DNA from: Podarcis tiliguerta
Taxonomy: Eukaryota
Direction: 5' to 3' (one strand)
DNA length: 64,000 nt
Assembly: GCA_965153285.1 (NCBI GenBank)
Contig: OZ229121.1
Of the stretch, positions 24,589-37,220 are shown piece after piece (position 1 is the stretch's first letter; the number at the start of each line of letters is the position of its first letter). The notes below the pieces were generated by a model. The model ran no database searches, was not told where the DNA came from, and saw nothing but the letters and a program-made list of their open reading frames with translations. Position numbers and translations under genes: made by a program.

Positions 24589-24862
24589 TACTATTTGTAC
24601 ACCACTTGAAGTATTTATGTTTTTAAGGAACACCTTAATAAGTAAATAAATAAAGGGAGCTTTTCCTGCTGCCATGGGAAGAATTAGTTTGGTTTAATAA
24701 TACAAGTGCTTTGTCTATTGCTATTCTAGACTTACTGTTTGCCCTCTTTTGTACTTTGCATGTGTGAAATAACACGCTGCATTCTTTCAAATACCATTTC
24801 CCTCTGGGAACGGAAGGCTGTGAAATTACGTCAGCGCAATTTCGGGAAGAGCACACACTCAC

Positions 24863-24938
24863 CTTCCATGGCTTCTCTGGAATCGGAGGGTCTTCGATTT
24901 CGGCATCTATATCAGTAGCATGAACCCAAGTGTCATAG
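24863..24938 (-). CDS. SMARCC1: SMARCC1 exon 8
   Basis: YDTWVHATDIDAEIEDPPIPEKPWK; TAG acceptor, GTGAGT donor; 76 nt. Confidence 0.96.
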
Positions 24939-26112
24939 CTATAAAGGAAATTCAAAAGCAACAATGTGAACCCATCCCTTAGGTAGTTTCATTATGGTAG
25001 CACTGCCATAATAAAAGCATCCAGTGATTTTGCATCACATTCATTGTGAAAGGAAGGAAGGAAGGAAGGAAGGTAGGAAGGAAGCCTTTTAAAAGACATG
25101 GTATGCTGAAGCTGGGAAAATGTGTTGAAATAAGTGTAATGAAATAGCAGATCTGGTGGCAAAACATATCTTTGGGCAAGGCAGTAGACACAGCAGTTGA
25201 GCAAAAGGAGCCCTCAGCTACCATTTCAATGGAACAGCTGCTCAACACCTTAAAGAGGCCAGCAAATATTTATTTCTACAAGAATTATGCCACTTAATAT
25301 AATCTAATCCGGTTAAAAGAAAAACAACACAACACAATTAAACATTTCCTAAAAACTATTAATAAAAACATGATAAAAACAAAGCAATTGCAAGGCAAAG
25401 GCTGCAACAGTTGACCCAAAATAACATAATGTGTGTTTATGAAAGGATGTGGACAGTGTAACAGATGGCAGTTTCCGGTCAGTTACGAGGAAGGAATATA
25501 TTATGGATTTTTGGGGTGGGTTAGTGTTTCTCAAGATCACCATATCTTCTTCTCTCAGCAGAAGATGGTGCAGACATAATGTCAAAACATCACATGTGGT
25601 TTGTTGTACTGCCTGAAGCAACAATTACGGGGGACAAAACAATGGCTTGCAAACAGCCGTCAAAACAGGATCTGAACCACAGTCTGAAGACAGCCTGCAT
25701 AGGATGGTTTAGGAAAATGGCAGTTTGTTATGACTGCACTGAGGGGCTGCTGTTTGGGAGAGCACCTGTGAATTATCAAGGGAGGTAAGGGGAAAGGAAA
25801 CCACACAAACTGGAGCTTGCTTGTCTATTTGGAAGGGAAAATATGGTTTGGGGTCTACTCTACGGTTAGGGAAAGCCATGGTTTGGTGTTACTTCTGAAC
25901 CAATCCTGTATTATCAAGGTGAGGATATTTCATATATTTAATGATGGATTGTCTTTTATAGGGGTCACAGCAGCAGTGCTCTTGGACAAACATCCGTGCA
26001 GGCAGCCACCTTGGATTTTAAATGGTAGGGACAGAATGTATCATTCCCACCAGATAAGCAAGAGGCAATATTTTTGAAAAATGGGTACCGGCACTTCAAT
26101 CCTTGTCATTAC

Positions 26113-26182
26113 CTGTCTGGGTAATAGCCCCAATGCACAAGAACTTGCTTGTCTTTCTTCATTACAGGTCTTAGCCACTCTT
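26113..26182 (-). CDS. SMARCC1: SMARCC1 exon 7 (chromo-like region)
   Basis: [23 protein letters not shown](S); AG/GT boundaries; 70 nt. Confidence 0.95.
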
Positions 26183-26483
26183 CTGCAAAAGGGAAAAATA
26201 AAATGCCGTCAGGGTCAGAAAGTGATCCAGCTTTGACACCATTCCAGTTTCACAAGCTTGAAAACATTCACTTTTGTCATCCCAAAAGGAAGAGTTCTCA
26301 AGAGGCTGGAATGGAGATTCATTTTCTTAATGGAATGTCCATCTACAAAGGGCTCACACTAAGCAGCAAAACTGGAAGGTAACTGCTGCTCAGATTGGCT
26401 CAGTTCTCAGTATCTGGGTAAGAGCTTTGTCAGCGTGGAGCAAGGAGACAAGCAGGAGTACAGAACAGAATAGGAGAGAAATT

Positions 26484-27264
26484 TAGTGGTACCTCTGGTT
26501 ACAAACTTACCATATTTTTCGCCCCATAGGACGCACCTAGGTTTTTTTTGGGGGGGGGGGGATAAAGAAAAAAATATTATTTCCCCCCCAGGCACGGGGC
26601 TGGCGCGGGGAAAGCCCGAGCTTCCCCCAACCCCAGCCTCCAGAACAGCCTGCAATCTGCAAGCCTAGGGAGCCGCGCCGGTCTACCCAGGCTTGCGGAG
26701 AGCAGCGCAAAGCCCGGGCGCGCTCTTCAGCATGCCCCAGGCTTCGGAATGCAGGCAGTTCTGCACAACCTTTGGGAGCCCGGCGCGGCTTCACGCCGGG
26801 CTACCTAGAGTTGCACGGAGCTGTGCGAAGCCCAGGAGTGCAGGCAGCTCTGCGCAACCCTCGGGAGCCCGGCGCGGCTTTGCGCCGGGCTCCCGAGGGT
26901 TGCGCAGAGCTTCCTGAAGCCTGGAGAGCGAGAGGGGTTGGTGTGCACCGACCCCTCTCACTCTCCAGGCATCAGCGAAAGCCTGCATTCGCCCCATCGG
27001 ACGCACACACATTTCCCCTTCATTTTTGGAGGGGGGAAAAGTGCGTCCTATAGGGCGAAAAATACGGTAATTTGTTCCGGAGGTCTGTTCTTATCCTGAA
27101 ACTGTTTTAACATGAGGTACCATTAGCGAAAGTGCATTTGGCGCGCGATTTCCACTCGCATCCCAGAGCAAAGTTCGCATCCCAGGGCAACTACATCTGG
27201 GTTAGCGCAGCTCATAACCCGATGCATGCGCAACCAGAAGCGTTCGTATCCAGAGGTACCACTG
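26484..27264. mobile_element. Family B-related MITE interrupted by a family C MITE
   Basis: Left end 26484-26509 and remainder 27068-27264 rejoin across the insertion at a duplicated TA. Confidence 0.8.
26510..27067 (-). mobile_element. Tc2-type MITE, family C (nested)
   Basis: CCATATTTTTCGCCCC...GGGCGAAAAATACGG, TA TSD, internal hairpins. Confidence 0.88.
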
Positions 27265-28726
27265 TATTTTTATTTCCAACATTTATACACTGCCAAACAG
27301 CAGTGTTTGCCTGTAAACAATAAAGTGTAAAACAGGAACAGATGATGACATCTATATAGCAAAGTTCACACCAAAAATTTCCCACTTCTTAAAACTCCAA
27401 ACACATACAAGAGACTTAGGAAATCACTAAAAGATGAAAATGCCCTAACACAGGTGCCCTAACCAGCTAAGTCTCTCTGGGCAGGGCATTCCTTAACCAG
27501 GGTGCCATCCCTGAAAAGGTCTTCTCTAGTTGCACCCACTGCATCACATTTGGCAGGGGCATCCCAAGGAGGGCCTTAGAGGCTTCTGGTTCTGGTCTGC
27601 CTTAATGGAGGCAGCTCCCACAACAGTGGGAGAGCATAGGCCATGGAAAAACAAGAACAGAGGGTAAAAATGGACTTCACTCGCAGTCCATCTCGGTACA
27701 TATGCAGGGGTCAGTGAGGCGCTGAGTACAAAAGCACCTGGCCTGGAGAAAACCCTCCAACGCCGCCATTAAGAAGCAGAGGTTCTCCTGTTAATTAGAG
27801 CTTAATTGGACTAAAGTACAGGTGCGTGATAGGAGAGATAAGATCACAAACTGCAGAACAAAACCATCTGCAAGGACTTTAAGGTTTGAACGTGAGATAA
27901 GACTTTACTCGGTGCAAAAGACGGTTGAGGGGGGAGGGGAGCCTATAATTTCTTTATTTAAAGTTTTCTTCTCTACATTTAAGATTCGGCAACCCTCCTC
28001 TGAATGTTAGTTCAGATTATATTTGTACAAGCAAGGATGGAAGAAATTGGATTATAAATATGAAATATAACATCAAATTGAACTATGTGTGTAAAACAGA
28101 AAAGAAAAAGGGAAGCAAACTATTTTGAAAAAGGTTTACAGTGGAAACTTAGAACTGACTATTCCCCATCCTTTATTGTATATGAAGTAAACTGAACGTT
28201 ACGAGGAATTAAATTTGGTAGCACCTAAGTTCCCGCTGTATAGGATAGCTGGCTGGGACTGATGGGAGTTGTAGTCCAAAACACCCGGAGGGCACTGGGT
28301 TGGCAAAGGCCACTTTATTCTTATTGCATCCTTGTGCACAACTGGAGCAAAGGCTTTGGTCCTCAAAAGGTCCCTGTAGATTTCATTACTCCAGTGAAAC
28401 TATTAAATCTGAGCCCTATCTATTTCCCATTAAAATTTCTAGAAGTTGGAGACTGTATACGTGTTGCTTTTGCAGTGATGAGGGTTGCCACTAATGGTGC
28501 ATCTCAACACTTCATCCCCACTCCTTCGTCCTACTCAGCAAGTTACTAACTAGCTTTTAATTGCATTTGAGAAACGTTTTATTCTGGTTGTTCTACAGAG
28601 TTTTCACAATGTTAGCCGATGTGAGGTTCTTGAAGGGACATAAAATGTAAATAAATAAATTTGCTCCATCATTTCAAGGTCACGGGAGTTTAACATTAGT
28701 AAATGAGACCCTGTGGATATTGAGTA

Positions 28727-28968
28727 CAGTGGTACCTCGGGTTAAGTACTTAATTCGTTCCGGAGGTCCGTACTTAACCTGAAACTGTTCTTAACCTGAA
28801 GCACCACTTTAGCTAATGGGGCCTCCTCCTGCTGCCGCACCACCGGAGCACGATTTCTGTTCTCATCCTGAAGCAAAGTTCTTAACCTGAAGCACTATTT
28901 CTGGGTTAGCGGAGTCTGTAACCTGAAGCGTATGTAACCCGAAGCGTATGTAACCCGAGGTAGCACTG
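28727..28968. mobile_element. Tigger/pogo-like MITE, family B
   Basis: Near-identical to 24363-24588; TA TSD. Confidence 0.9.
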
Positions 28969-30127
28969 TATTGTTCCTCTGTGCAGCTTTGTATTTGGCA
29001 GATTGTCTTGAGTATAGCATTTAAATGTCGCAACTCACATTTCGCGGACAATTCTTAAACCTGCCTTTAACCATAATATGTCAGCATCTTGTAGCTCAAA
29101 CCTATTTCATGCAAATGGAGGAAACTGAACGTGCACAGCTTTACTTGGCCAATGCTATTGTGACGACAATCTTGCAACCAAGGAGTGGCAGAGGACGGGA
29201 TGCTGTGGGGAAGCAGAGATGCTGAGGCTCAGGCTGGCTGGGGGCTGACAGGTCATGGAGAGTTCAGAGAGAGGAGAGGAAAGACGCTGCATGCAGCCAG
29301 CTTCCAAAAGAGTAACACAATTCTTGGCATAATTCCTCCCTCTATTGTTCCCTCCCGCCCCCCACCTTGGACTTTCTCAGGCCGAGAACCAGGGCAAAAG
29401 CAGCATTCGCACACAGAGCAGCTTCTGCTCCCCACGTTTGCTCCCTTCATTATCACCTCTGAACATCCTGCCAAACACTATTCCTACCCCCCCTTTTTCT
29501 TTCTTTTTTGTAATCTGCACTCAGCCCAGCTCAAAAGGATGGTGCTTTCTTCCAGATAAAGGAAGCGGAGCACAGCTTTCAAGTGATACTTCATTCCCAG
29601 AAAGAGGAAACGCTATTTTTGAAGTGAGAAATCCTATCCTCCCCTGAGGGCGGAGCGGGCTGACACGGCAGAATTTCAAGGCTGAGCAGATCTCACAGGA
29701 GTCTAGACCGCTGCCTGAGTGTGCTTGTCATTGGAGAGGCGGCAGGCTGCACCAGCAGAGAAGCTCCTCTGCTAAAAGACTTAGAAAAATGTAAGCTCTT
29801 TTACAAACACCGCAGTTAGCACAGATTTGGTATGCAAATCTATTCTGCTTCCTCCCCACAAGCAGTAGTTGGATGCCACCAACTCGAATGGCTTCAACAG
29901 AGGGTTAGGCCAATCCATGTGGAGCGACTCTGTCAATGGCTACCAGCCAGAATGAAGATGCTCCCCCAACACTGTCAGAGGCAGTGCTCCTCTGAATACC
30001 AGCTTTTGGGAAGCACAAGTGGTTAGAGGGTTGTTGAGCTCAGGCCCAGTAAGGTGCGTCCGGCGCATGACTCTCCTTCGCCAGTGTTCAATTGGATTGT
30101 TTTCGTTTTAGAGCCAAAACTCTAGTT

Positions 30128-30377
30128 CATGGATAGGCAAACTAAGGCCCCCGCGGGGGCCGGATCCAGCCCAATCGTCTTCTAAATCTGGCCCATGGAT
30201 GGTCCGGGAATCAGCATGTTTTTACATGAGTAGAATGTGTCTTTTTATTTAAAATGCATCTCGGGTTATTTGTGGGGCATAGGAATTTGTTCATACCCCC
30301 CCCCAATATAGTCCGGCCCCCCACAAGGTCTGAGGGACATTGGACTGGCTCACTGCTGAAAAGGTTGCTGACCCCTG
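30128..30377. mobile_element. hAT (Charlie-like) MITE
   Basis: Imperfect TIR CATGGATAGGCAAACT / AGGTTGCTGACCCCTG; 8-bp TSD CTCTAGTT. Confidence 0.8.
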
Positions 30378-30419
30378 CTCTAGTTGGTTAGCAATTCTTG
30401 CCTCCCTGTTTTTATTCTG

Positions 30420-30905
30420 TTTTTTTTTTTTTATTTCTTTTTATTAAGTTTCACTTACATAACCAAAAGAAAAAATAAAACGACAGTTACAGGAAAAAAG
30501 AAAAAAAGAAAGAAAAAAAGGAAAAATATCTATACACAACACAAAAATAATATCAATTTCCGTTACAGTTCCTTATCTTATTCCTTGAATCTTTATCTCT
30601 TTACATATTTAAATCTTTCCTCTACACACCTATTGACCTCCTTCCCTCCTGTTTTCGGGCTTCTTGATAAAAATTCTTTCTTTTTTCTGCAGCCACAGGT
30701 TGTTATGGTTAGCACATCCTAAAATTTATTTCAGACCTGCGGTGGTTTTTAAGTTTCTATAGTTTCCTTCAATATATACCATAAATTTATTCCAATCGCT
30801 AATAAACTTTGTATTTTTTTTTTTGGTTTCTAATTTTTTGCGTCATTCTTGCTAGTTCAACATATTCAAATAATTTTGTTTGCCAATCTCTGACCGTTGG
30901 GGTAT
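30420..30905 (-). mobile_element. 5'-truncated L1 LINE
   Basis: Poly-T at the left end; minus-strand ORF2 end PTVRDWQTKLFEYVELARMT; 22-bp TSD TTGCCTCCCTGTTTTTATTCTG at 30398-30419 and 30906-30927. Confidence 0.88.
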
Positions 30906-31021
30906 TTGCCTCCCTGTTTTTATTCTGGCTTGTTTTTATAATAATTGTATATTGTTATTACAAGACTTGTATTTTCAGCCACTGCTGGTCTATGACTGTA
31001 ATAAACTGACTGATTGATTAA

Positions 31022-31170
31022 GGATCGGGGCAGCTCAATTGGTGGAGCATGAGACTCTTAAATCTCAGGGTCTTGGGTTTGAGCTCCACGTGGGGCAAAG
31101 GATTCCAGCATTGCAGGGGTTTGGACTAGATGATCCTTATGATCCCTTCCAGCTCTACAATTCTATTATT
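31022..31170 (+). mobile_element. tRNA-derived SINE with CR1-type tail
   Basis: GCTCAATTGGTGGAGCATGAGACTCTTAAATCTCAGGGTC (tRNA-Lys-like head) plus GGACTAGATGA...TTCTA tail. Confidence 0.7.
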
Positions 31171-31848
31171 TTAAGAAGAGGGTCATCCCCCCCCAAAAAA
31201 AAGATGACTAGGGGAAAAAATGTTGACAGCAATGGGAAAAAAATACATCAATACAGAGAACGCTGCCCAGATCAACCAAGCATATCCAAAAGCTGGGTAT
31301 AGGAGAAGAGAAAGTTTCCCCTTTCCGCTCTGAGTGGGATGAAGAAAGAAAAGAACCTCTTCCCTTCCAATGCAAATATGTTCAGTCAAAAATACTCGGT
31401 GACCCACATAAGGACAACAGGGTAAACAAGCAGGCACGTGTTCATACATGCTTTTTTCACGATGCCATTACAGCAGCTCTGCTTTGTGCTTATGCAGAAG
31501 GAAAAGATGGATGGGCCAGAACAAAAGGCTACTAGCACAAGAGGCTGCTTTAGGGTAGCACCTGAATTTTACTCAATTTTTTCCAACAGCTAAATAAAAA
31601 TGATTCGCCGGTCCCTTTAAACAATCTCAGATTCAATACAACGCAGCGGAAAATACATCACAATGAATTAAGCACATAGGAAAATTCAACAGACACCACT
31701 AGAATGCAAAACACACACAGCACGGATGATGAAGCCACCGTGCGCTCAAAGCTCCACACAGATGAATGCTGCCATCTAGTGTTGCTCCGAAACAGATTGG
31801 GATCAGTTCAGGGGATTGGAGTGGTGGTGGTTAGAATAACCCCATTGT

Positions 31849-31993
31849 CATAGAATTATAAGAGTTGGAAGGGGCGCTGAGGATCATCTAAGTCCAAACC
31901 TCTACTGTGCAGAAATATCCAGCTGTCCCATCCACGGATCCAACCTGCAACCTTGGTGACATTAGCACCACACTCTAACCAACTGAGCTATCC
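31849..31993 (-). mobile_element. tRNA-derived SINE with CR1-type tail
   Basis: Minus-strand head GGATAGCTCAGTTGGTTAGAGTGTGGTGCTAAT, with a CR1-like tail. Confidence 0.7.
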
Positions 31994-32377
31994 ATGGAGT
32001 GACATGGTGCTCTTCATTGGGAGTTCTGATGTCTGGGAATTGCAGACAAGGCTTGCTCTTAATGGACTTGCTTTAGATAGCTTGCCATTCATGGTTTGCT
32101 CAAACCAACAAACAAACCACAATCTGAGTTTGTATAACACAGTGTTTGTGTCACATTTGCAAGGCAGGAATGGGATGTTCAGAAGTAAGCTGTGGTTCAA
32201 AACGAAACGGTGGCTTAGCACGATATGCAAACCAGCTCACAATATGCAAGGCTCAGAACATCTAATGGGATTTCTCATGCTAATTATTAGTTTGAAAGGT
32301 GCTCTTCTGTGAATACTTAAATGACTCCACCCCCTTCTCCCTTATGGCCTTTTCTTCCTGACACCTCCTCTCAGATC

Positions 32378-32730
32378 GGTAAAGGTAAAGGGACCCCTGA
32401 CCGTTAGGTCCAGTCACGGACAACTCTGGGGTTGCGGAGCCCATCTTGCTTTATTGGCCGAGGGAGCCGGTGTACAGCTTCCGGGTCATGTGGCCAGCAC
32501 GACTAAGCCGCTTCTGGTGAACCAGAGCAGCGCACGGAAACGCCGTTTACCTTCCCGCTGGAGCGGTACCTATTTATCTACTTGCACTTTGACGTGCTTT
32601 CGAACTGCTAGGTTGGCAGGAGCAGGGACCGAGCAACTGGCGTTCACCCCGTTGCGGGGATTCGAACTGCCGACCTTCTGATCGGCAACTCCTAGGCTCT
32701 GTGGTTTAACCCACAGCGCCACCCGCGTCC
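32378..32730 (-). mobile_element. Sauria SINE
   Basis: Reverse complement of the 19098 copy; TSD TCTCAGATC. Confidence 0.92.
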
Positions 32731-32932
32731 TCTCAGATCAGTAATGTGCACCAAACTGTTCCTGGAAAACTCATCTTTACTGTGAGACCCCACACCTTAC
32801 TTCTCATCCTAAATTGAAATAAAGCCTAAGTACATCTAATCACATTTGCTTAGATTCATTCTGCTTACCTTTGACATTTCTCTACACCATTTCATCTCTA
32901 CATTTCTCTCCTCTACTGTCAAAATTAAAATA

Positions 32933-33195
32933 CAGTGGTACCCCACAAGACGAATGCCTCGGAAGACGAAAAACTCACAAGACGAAAGGGTTTTCCGTTT
33001 TCTGAGTTGCTTCGCAAGACGGATTTCCCTATGGGCTTGCTTTGCAAGACGGAACGTCTTGTGCCTTTTTTTTAAAGCCGCCAATGCATTCCTATGGGAA
33101 ACCGTCAATACGCAGCGGTGCTTCGCAAGACGAAAAAACTCGTAGAACGAAAAAACTCACAGAACGAATTAATTTTGTCTTGTGAGGCACCACTG
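32933..33195. mobile_element. Tc1/mariner MITE, family A (no cargo)
   Basis: TIRs and TA TSD; repeated CAAGACG motifs. Confidence 0.88.
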
Positions 33196-33462
33196 TACCC
33201 TACCCTGTGTAGGGCAGGGTATTGTATTATCCACCTGTATTCATTTGTGTTGTGGACACTGACAGTGTAAATGAAGTTATATACAAAGCTTTCCACTCTC
33301 CAGAACACCTCCTCAGTATTTTTTTTTAAATCTGTTTTTTTTTTAATCACAAAACTGATGGGATTGGTACAAAATATTTCATTTACTTAGAATACTTCTA
33401 TATCAGCTTTTGGTCCAAAGACCCTTGAGGTGACTAGTAAGAAATGAATGAATGAATTTTAC

Positions 33463-33532
33463 CTTCATCCAATGAGGTAGGAACAGGATAAATATGGTGG
33501 GTGGCTTTAGACTTCTCATCTGTGACTGTGCC
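33463..33532 (-). CDS. SMARCC1: SMARCC1 exon 6
   Basis: GTVTDEKSKATHHIYPVPTSLDE; AG/GT boundaries; 70 nt. Confidence 0.94.
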
Positions 33533-34740
33533 CTAGGAAAGAACAAAAACAGGTATTGCATCAGAAATACGTAAAGGAATAAATGCATAAAGAATCACCT
33601 TCCTTTCCCAGCAACATGCCGTATTTGGAGCCTGGATACAACATGACACTAGATGGCATTGGAGTAGTGATCTATAGGCCCCATTTCCTCAACTGGACTC
33701 TGGGCATAGTAAGAGCACACCCATTTGGTTTCTTACCAAGGAAAACCCCTAAAAATTCCAGCCGTTAGTGCAAGTGAGGTAGTCTAAACTGCTTCCTCTT
33801 TCTTTCAAGATACAGGAGAGTCATCTATTAATTCAAATAAACTACGAGCATCACCCAGCACTGATCCCACAGTGAATCTGCACATTAGATTTCTTATACA
33901 CCAGTTTATACATAAATTGTTTTGTAAGCATCATCATTTGCAATTCAGATTTCCTACCCCTTTTAAATGCAGATTTGTTTTAGAAGTTATAGGCAAATGT
34001 TTTCATTACTTGTGGGGGAGGGGGTCTAAGTTGCTATCCCCTCCAGCTAACAATGGAAACAAAAGACTCCTGTCTGCTGGGTTCTTTTTCAGCGGACTCT
34101 TATAAATATTATATCACCTCATCAATATATAATAAATATAAACCAACTGCATTCTATTAGTGTCATTTAAATCAACTTGACCTGACGTTGTTTTCAGCGA
34201 TGTGGAAACCTGATGTCTTGCAGGATGTTCTTTCTATACTTAATCAATAAGCTGTTTCTTATATTTAATAAAATCTAAGAGCATATTTTCTACCTCTGCC
34301 AGGGCCCATTTTAGTGAATGCCATAATTTTAGATTAAGTGGACATGCTGCCACCTGCCCTTAGTGTTAAGACAACTTAACATTAATACGCCTTAATCCAC
34401 TGCTGATTTCACAAGCTATATAAACACTAAGCTGCTTTTAGCGAGAAGCACAATACACTTAAGTCCATTCTTAGATACCATTTTGGTTGTGAGTCCTAGA
34501 AAACCTGCTCCCTGCCTTGCAGGCCTTTTCCCACCTGGCTTGGGAGGGTGGGACTCTGACTGACCCCAGCTACACAAGCTGAGGCTGCTGAACAGACTCT
34601 TGTTCTAGTGTACTGTGTAAGGATTTTGCGGGAAGAGGGATGCTGCTGCTGTTGTTACGTATTTTTATTTTAGATCTTATGGTTTTTGTGGGAATTGTTC
34701 CGCTTGGGTGTGTATTTTTTAACGTTCCATTTATTCTTTA

Positions 34741-35170
34741 GGATGCTTGATGATCGTCTTCCAAAGCAACTAGTCTATTCCGAACTTAAAAGTGGAAAGC
34801 GTAATGCTGGTGGTCAACAAAAGAGGTTTAAAGACTCTTTCAAGGCAAATCTTTAAAAAATGTAGTATAAACACTGCCAACTGGGAAACACTGGCCTGTG
34901 AGCGCTCCAGTTGGAGAACAGCCTTTACCAATGATGTCATGGGCTTTGAAGACACTCAAACTCAGGGGAGAAACGTGCCAAGAGGAAGGCACACTTGGCA
35001 AATCCACACCGTGATCAACTCCCGCCCGGAACCAATGTCCCCACTGTGGAAGGGCGTGTGGATCTGGACGTGTGGATCCAGAATTGGCCTCCGCAGTCAC
35101 TTACGGACTCGTTGTTAAAACCATCTTTATGGAAGACAATCTTACTCGGCTACGAGTGATCACCAAAGGA
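34741..35170 (+). mobile_element. RTE-clade LINE 3' fragment
   Basis: DDRLPKQLVYSELKSGKRNAGGQQKRFKDS...NWETLACERSSWR followed by a Cys/His remnant (CGSRIGLRSHLRT). Confidence 0.8.
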
Positions 35171-35851
35171 AGACTGTTTAGGACTTCTCCTGTTACATTG
35201 CAATTACATGTTTTTTCATGTTGTAAGCAGCCTGGAGGATGGTCTGAACTGTGGAAGGGTGGCATACAAACGAAATTACATATGTATCTACATATGTATT
35301 CTCAGCTTTGCCTTCAACTATTTGGGAGAGAAGTTAATCTTCAATAGGAAAACTGAAGAATGCCGGCATGTTCCTCTCATTTCCTTTGGGAGTGGGGGAG
35401 AAGAGGGAGGAAAGAACCTCTTTCCAATTCACACAGCTAACAGAAGCACAGGTACATTCTGGCGTCATGAAGTCAAGGATTGAATCTTGCCATTATGACA
35501 AAAAGCCAACCAGTGCTTGTTCCAGGTTTATGAGGCCAGTGGACAAATGTTCCCAGGAGCCCCTTTTCAGCTGTGGAGAAGAGAAGACAGCCACTGCAGT
35601 GGAAGTTCTTCCCTAGCTGTTCTCTCAGAGAGGAAGGGCTTAGGAGGAAAGCAGCTCCTACTCTGCAGTCCAGAGTAATGTGGACCCCAGGTTGGAAGGT
35701 AGCAAATGATGAAGATATTACTAATAGGCACCTGACACCAAGATTGTAGCCTTACAATCTGACATCATGTTGCACCTGTGAACACACCTATGGTGCCAAA
35801 AAGGTTTTCACAGGGACAGGATACATGTAAAATGGAAATATTACAGTTAAA

Positions 35852-36080
35852 CAGTCATACCTCAGGTTACAGAGGCTTCAGGTTGCTTTTTTCCGGGTTA
35901 CAGACTGCCGAAACCCAGAAGTACCAGAACGGGTTACTTCCGGGTTTCGGCGGTCGCACATGTGCAGAAGCGCCAAATCGCAACCCGCACGTGTGCAGAC
36001 GCGCCGCTGCGGGTTGTGAACGCTGCGGGTTGCGAACATGCATCCCACACGGATCACGTTCACAACCCAAGCATCTACTG
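35852..36080. mobile_element. Tc1/mariner-type MITE
   Basis: CAGT...ACTG termini, TA at the right flank, CpG-rich interior. Confidence 0.6.
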
Positions 36081-36423
36081 TATGAAGGTGAGCAAGAAAT
36101 ACATTTTAGTCACCTGACTCAAGTCTACATCACAAGCTGAAGCAAATCACCGCCTCCTTCAGAAAGTTCTATTAGCTAGAGCAGACATGGGGAATCTGTG
36201 GCCCTGCAAATGTTGCTGAACTACAACTCCCATAATCCTTGGCCATTGGTCATGCTGTCTGGGGCTGATAGGTGTTGGAAGTCCACCAACATCTGGAGGG
36301 CCAGTAGCTCTGCAGCCCTGAGATAAGAGTCTGAAATAATTATGTTCCTATGTGCTGAGTCCCTTTGCAATTATGCTAAACAGATCAACATTTGACATGC
36401 TAAATGTATGATGTGCCTAATAC

Positions 36424-36516
36424 CTGGTGACGTTTGACAATGTCCTTTAGCTTATTGGCTAACTTCAGTTCAATTTCTGGTACGAGGTAGATGGTTGGTC
36501 TGCTCAGACAGTTATT
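36424..36516 (-). CDS. SMARCC1: SMARCC1 exon 5
   Basis: [31 protein letters not shown]; AG/GT boundaries; 93 nt. Confidence 0.95.
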
Positions 36517-36868
36517 CTGGAAGAGAAAATAAAGGAAAGATCATTTTATTAAAAACAAAAACCAGTAATAAAGAGATTACCGGCACAACTATGGTAATCC
36601 ATTACACACAACCTGGAAATGGCGGGAGAGAGCTGGAGAGTCTTCATGGCTTGCAAGGGGACCATACCTGGAGCCCAAAGAGGACAACTGCGAGGGCAGA
36701 GGAAGCCCCAAAGAGGTGCAGCCGGGCTTTGTTTAGGTTGCTCAGCCTCTGTGCCTAACAGCTGGTGAGAGCGGTAGCAGCAGTAGCTGCTTTCCCACAC
36801 ATCCTCCAGCCGACCCCAGAGCTTCCATTCTAGTTGTGAATATTTTTGTATACAGTATTCTTTGTCTA

Positions 36869-37220
36869 GGGATGCGGGTGGCGCTGTGGGTTAAACCACA
36901 GAGCCTCTTGGGCTTCCCGATCAGAAGATTGGCAGTTCGAATCCCAGCAACGGGGTGAGCTCCCGTTGCTCGGTCCCTGCTCCTGCCAACCTAGCAGTTC
37001 GAAAGCACATCAAAGTGCAAGTAGATAAATAGGTACCGCTCTAGCGGGAAGGTAAACGGTGTTTCCTTGCGCTGCTCTGGTTCGCCAGAAGCGGCTTCGT
37101 CATGCTGGCCACATGACCCGGAAGCTGTATGCCGGCTCCCTCGGCCAATAAAGCGAGATGAGCGCCACAACCCCATAGCCACGACTGGACCTAATGGTCA
37201 GGGGTCCCTTTACCTTTACC
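36869..37220 (+). mobile_element. Sauria SINE
   Basis: Full-length; 12-bp TSD TATTCTTTGTCT. Confidence 0.92.

Noticed and set aside
31022-31095. tRNA-like sequences (also 31925-31993 and the Sauria SINE heads)
   Set aside because: Degenerate cloverleafs fused to LINE-derived tails; these are SINE heads, not tRNA genes.
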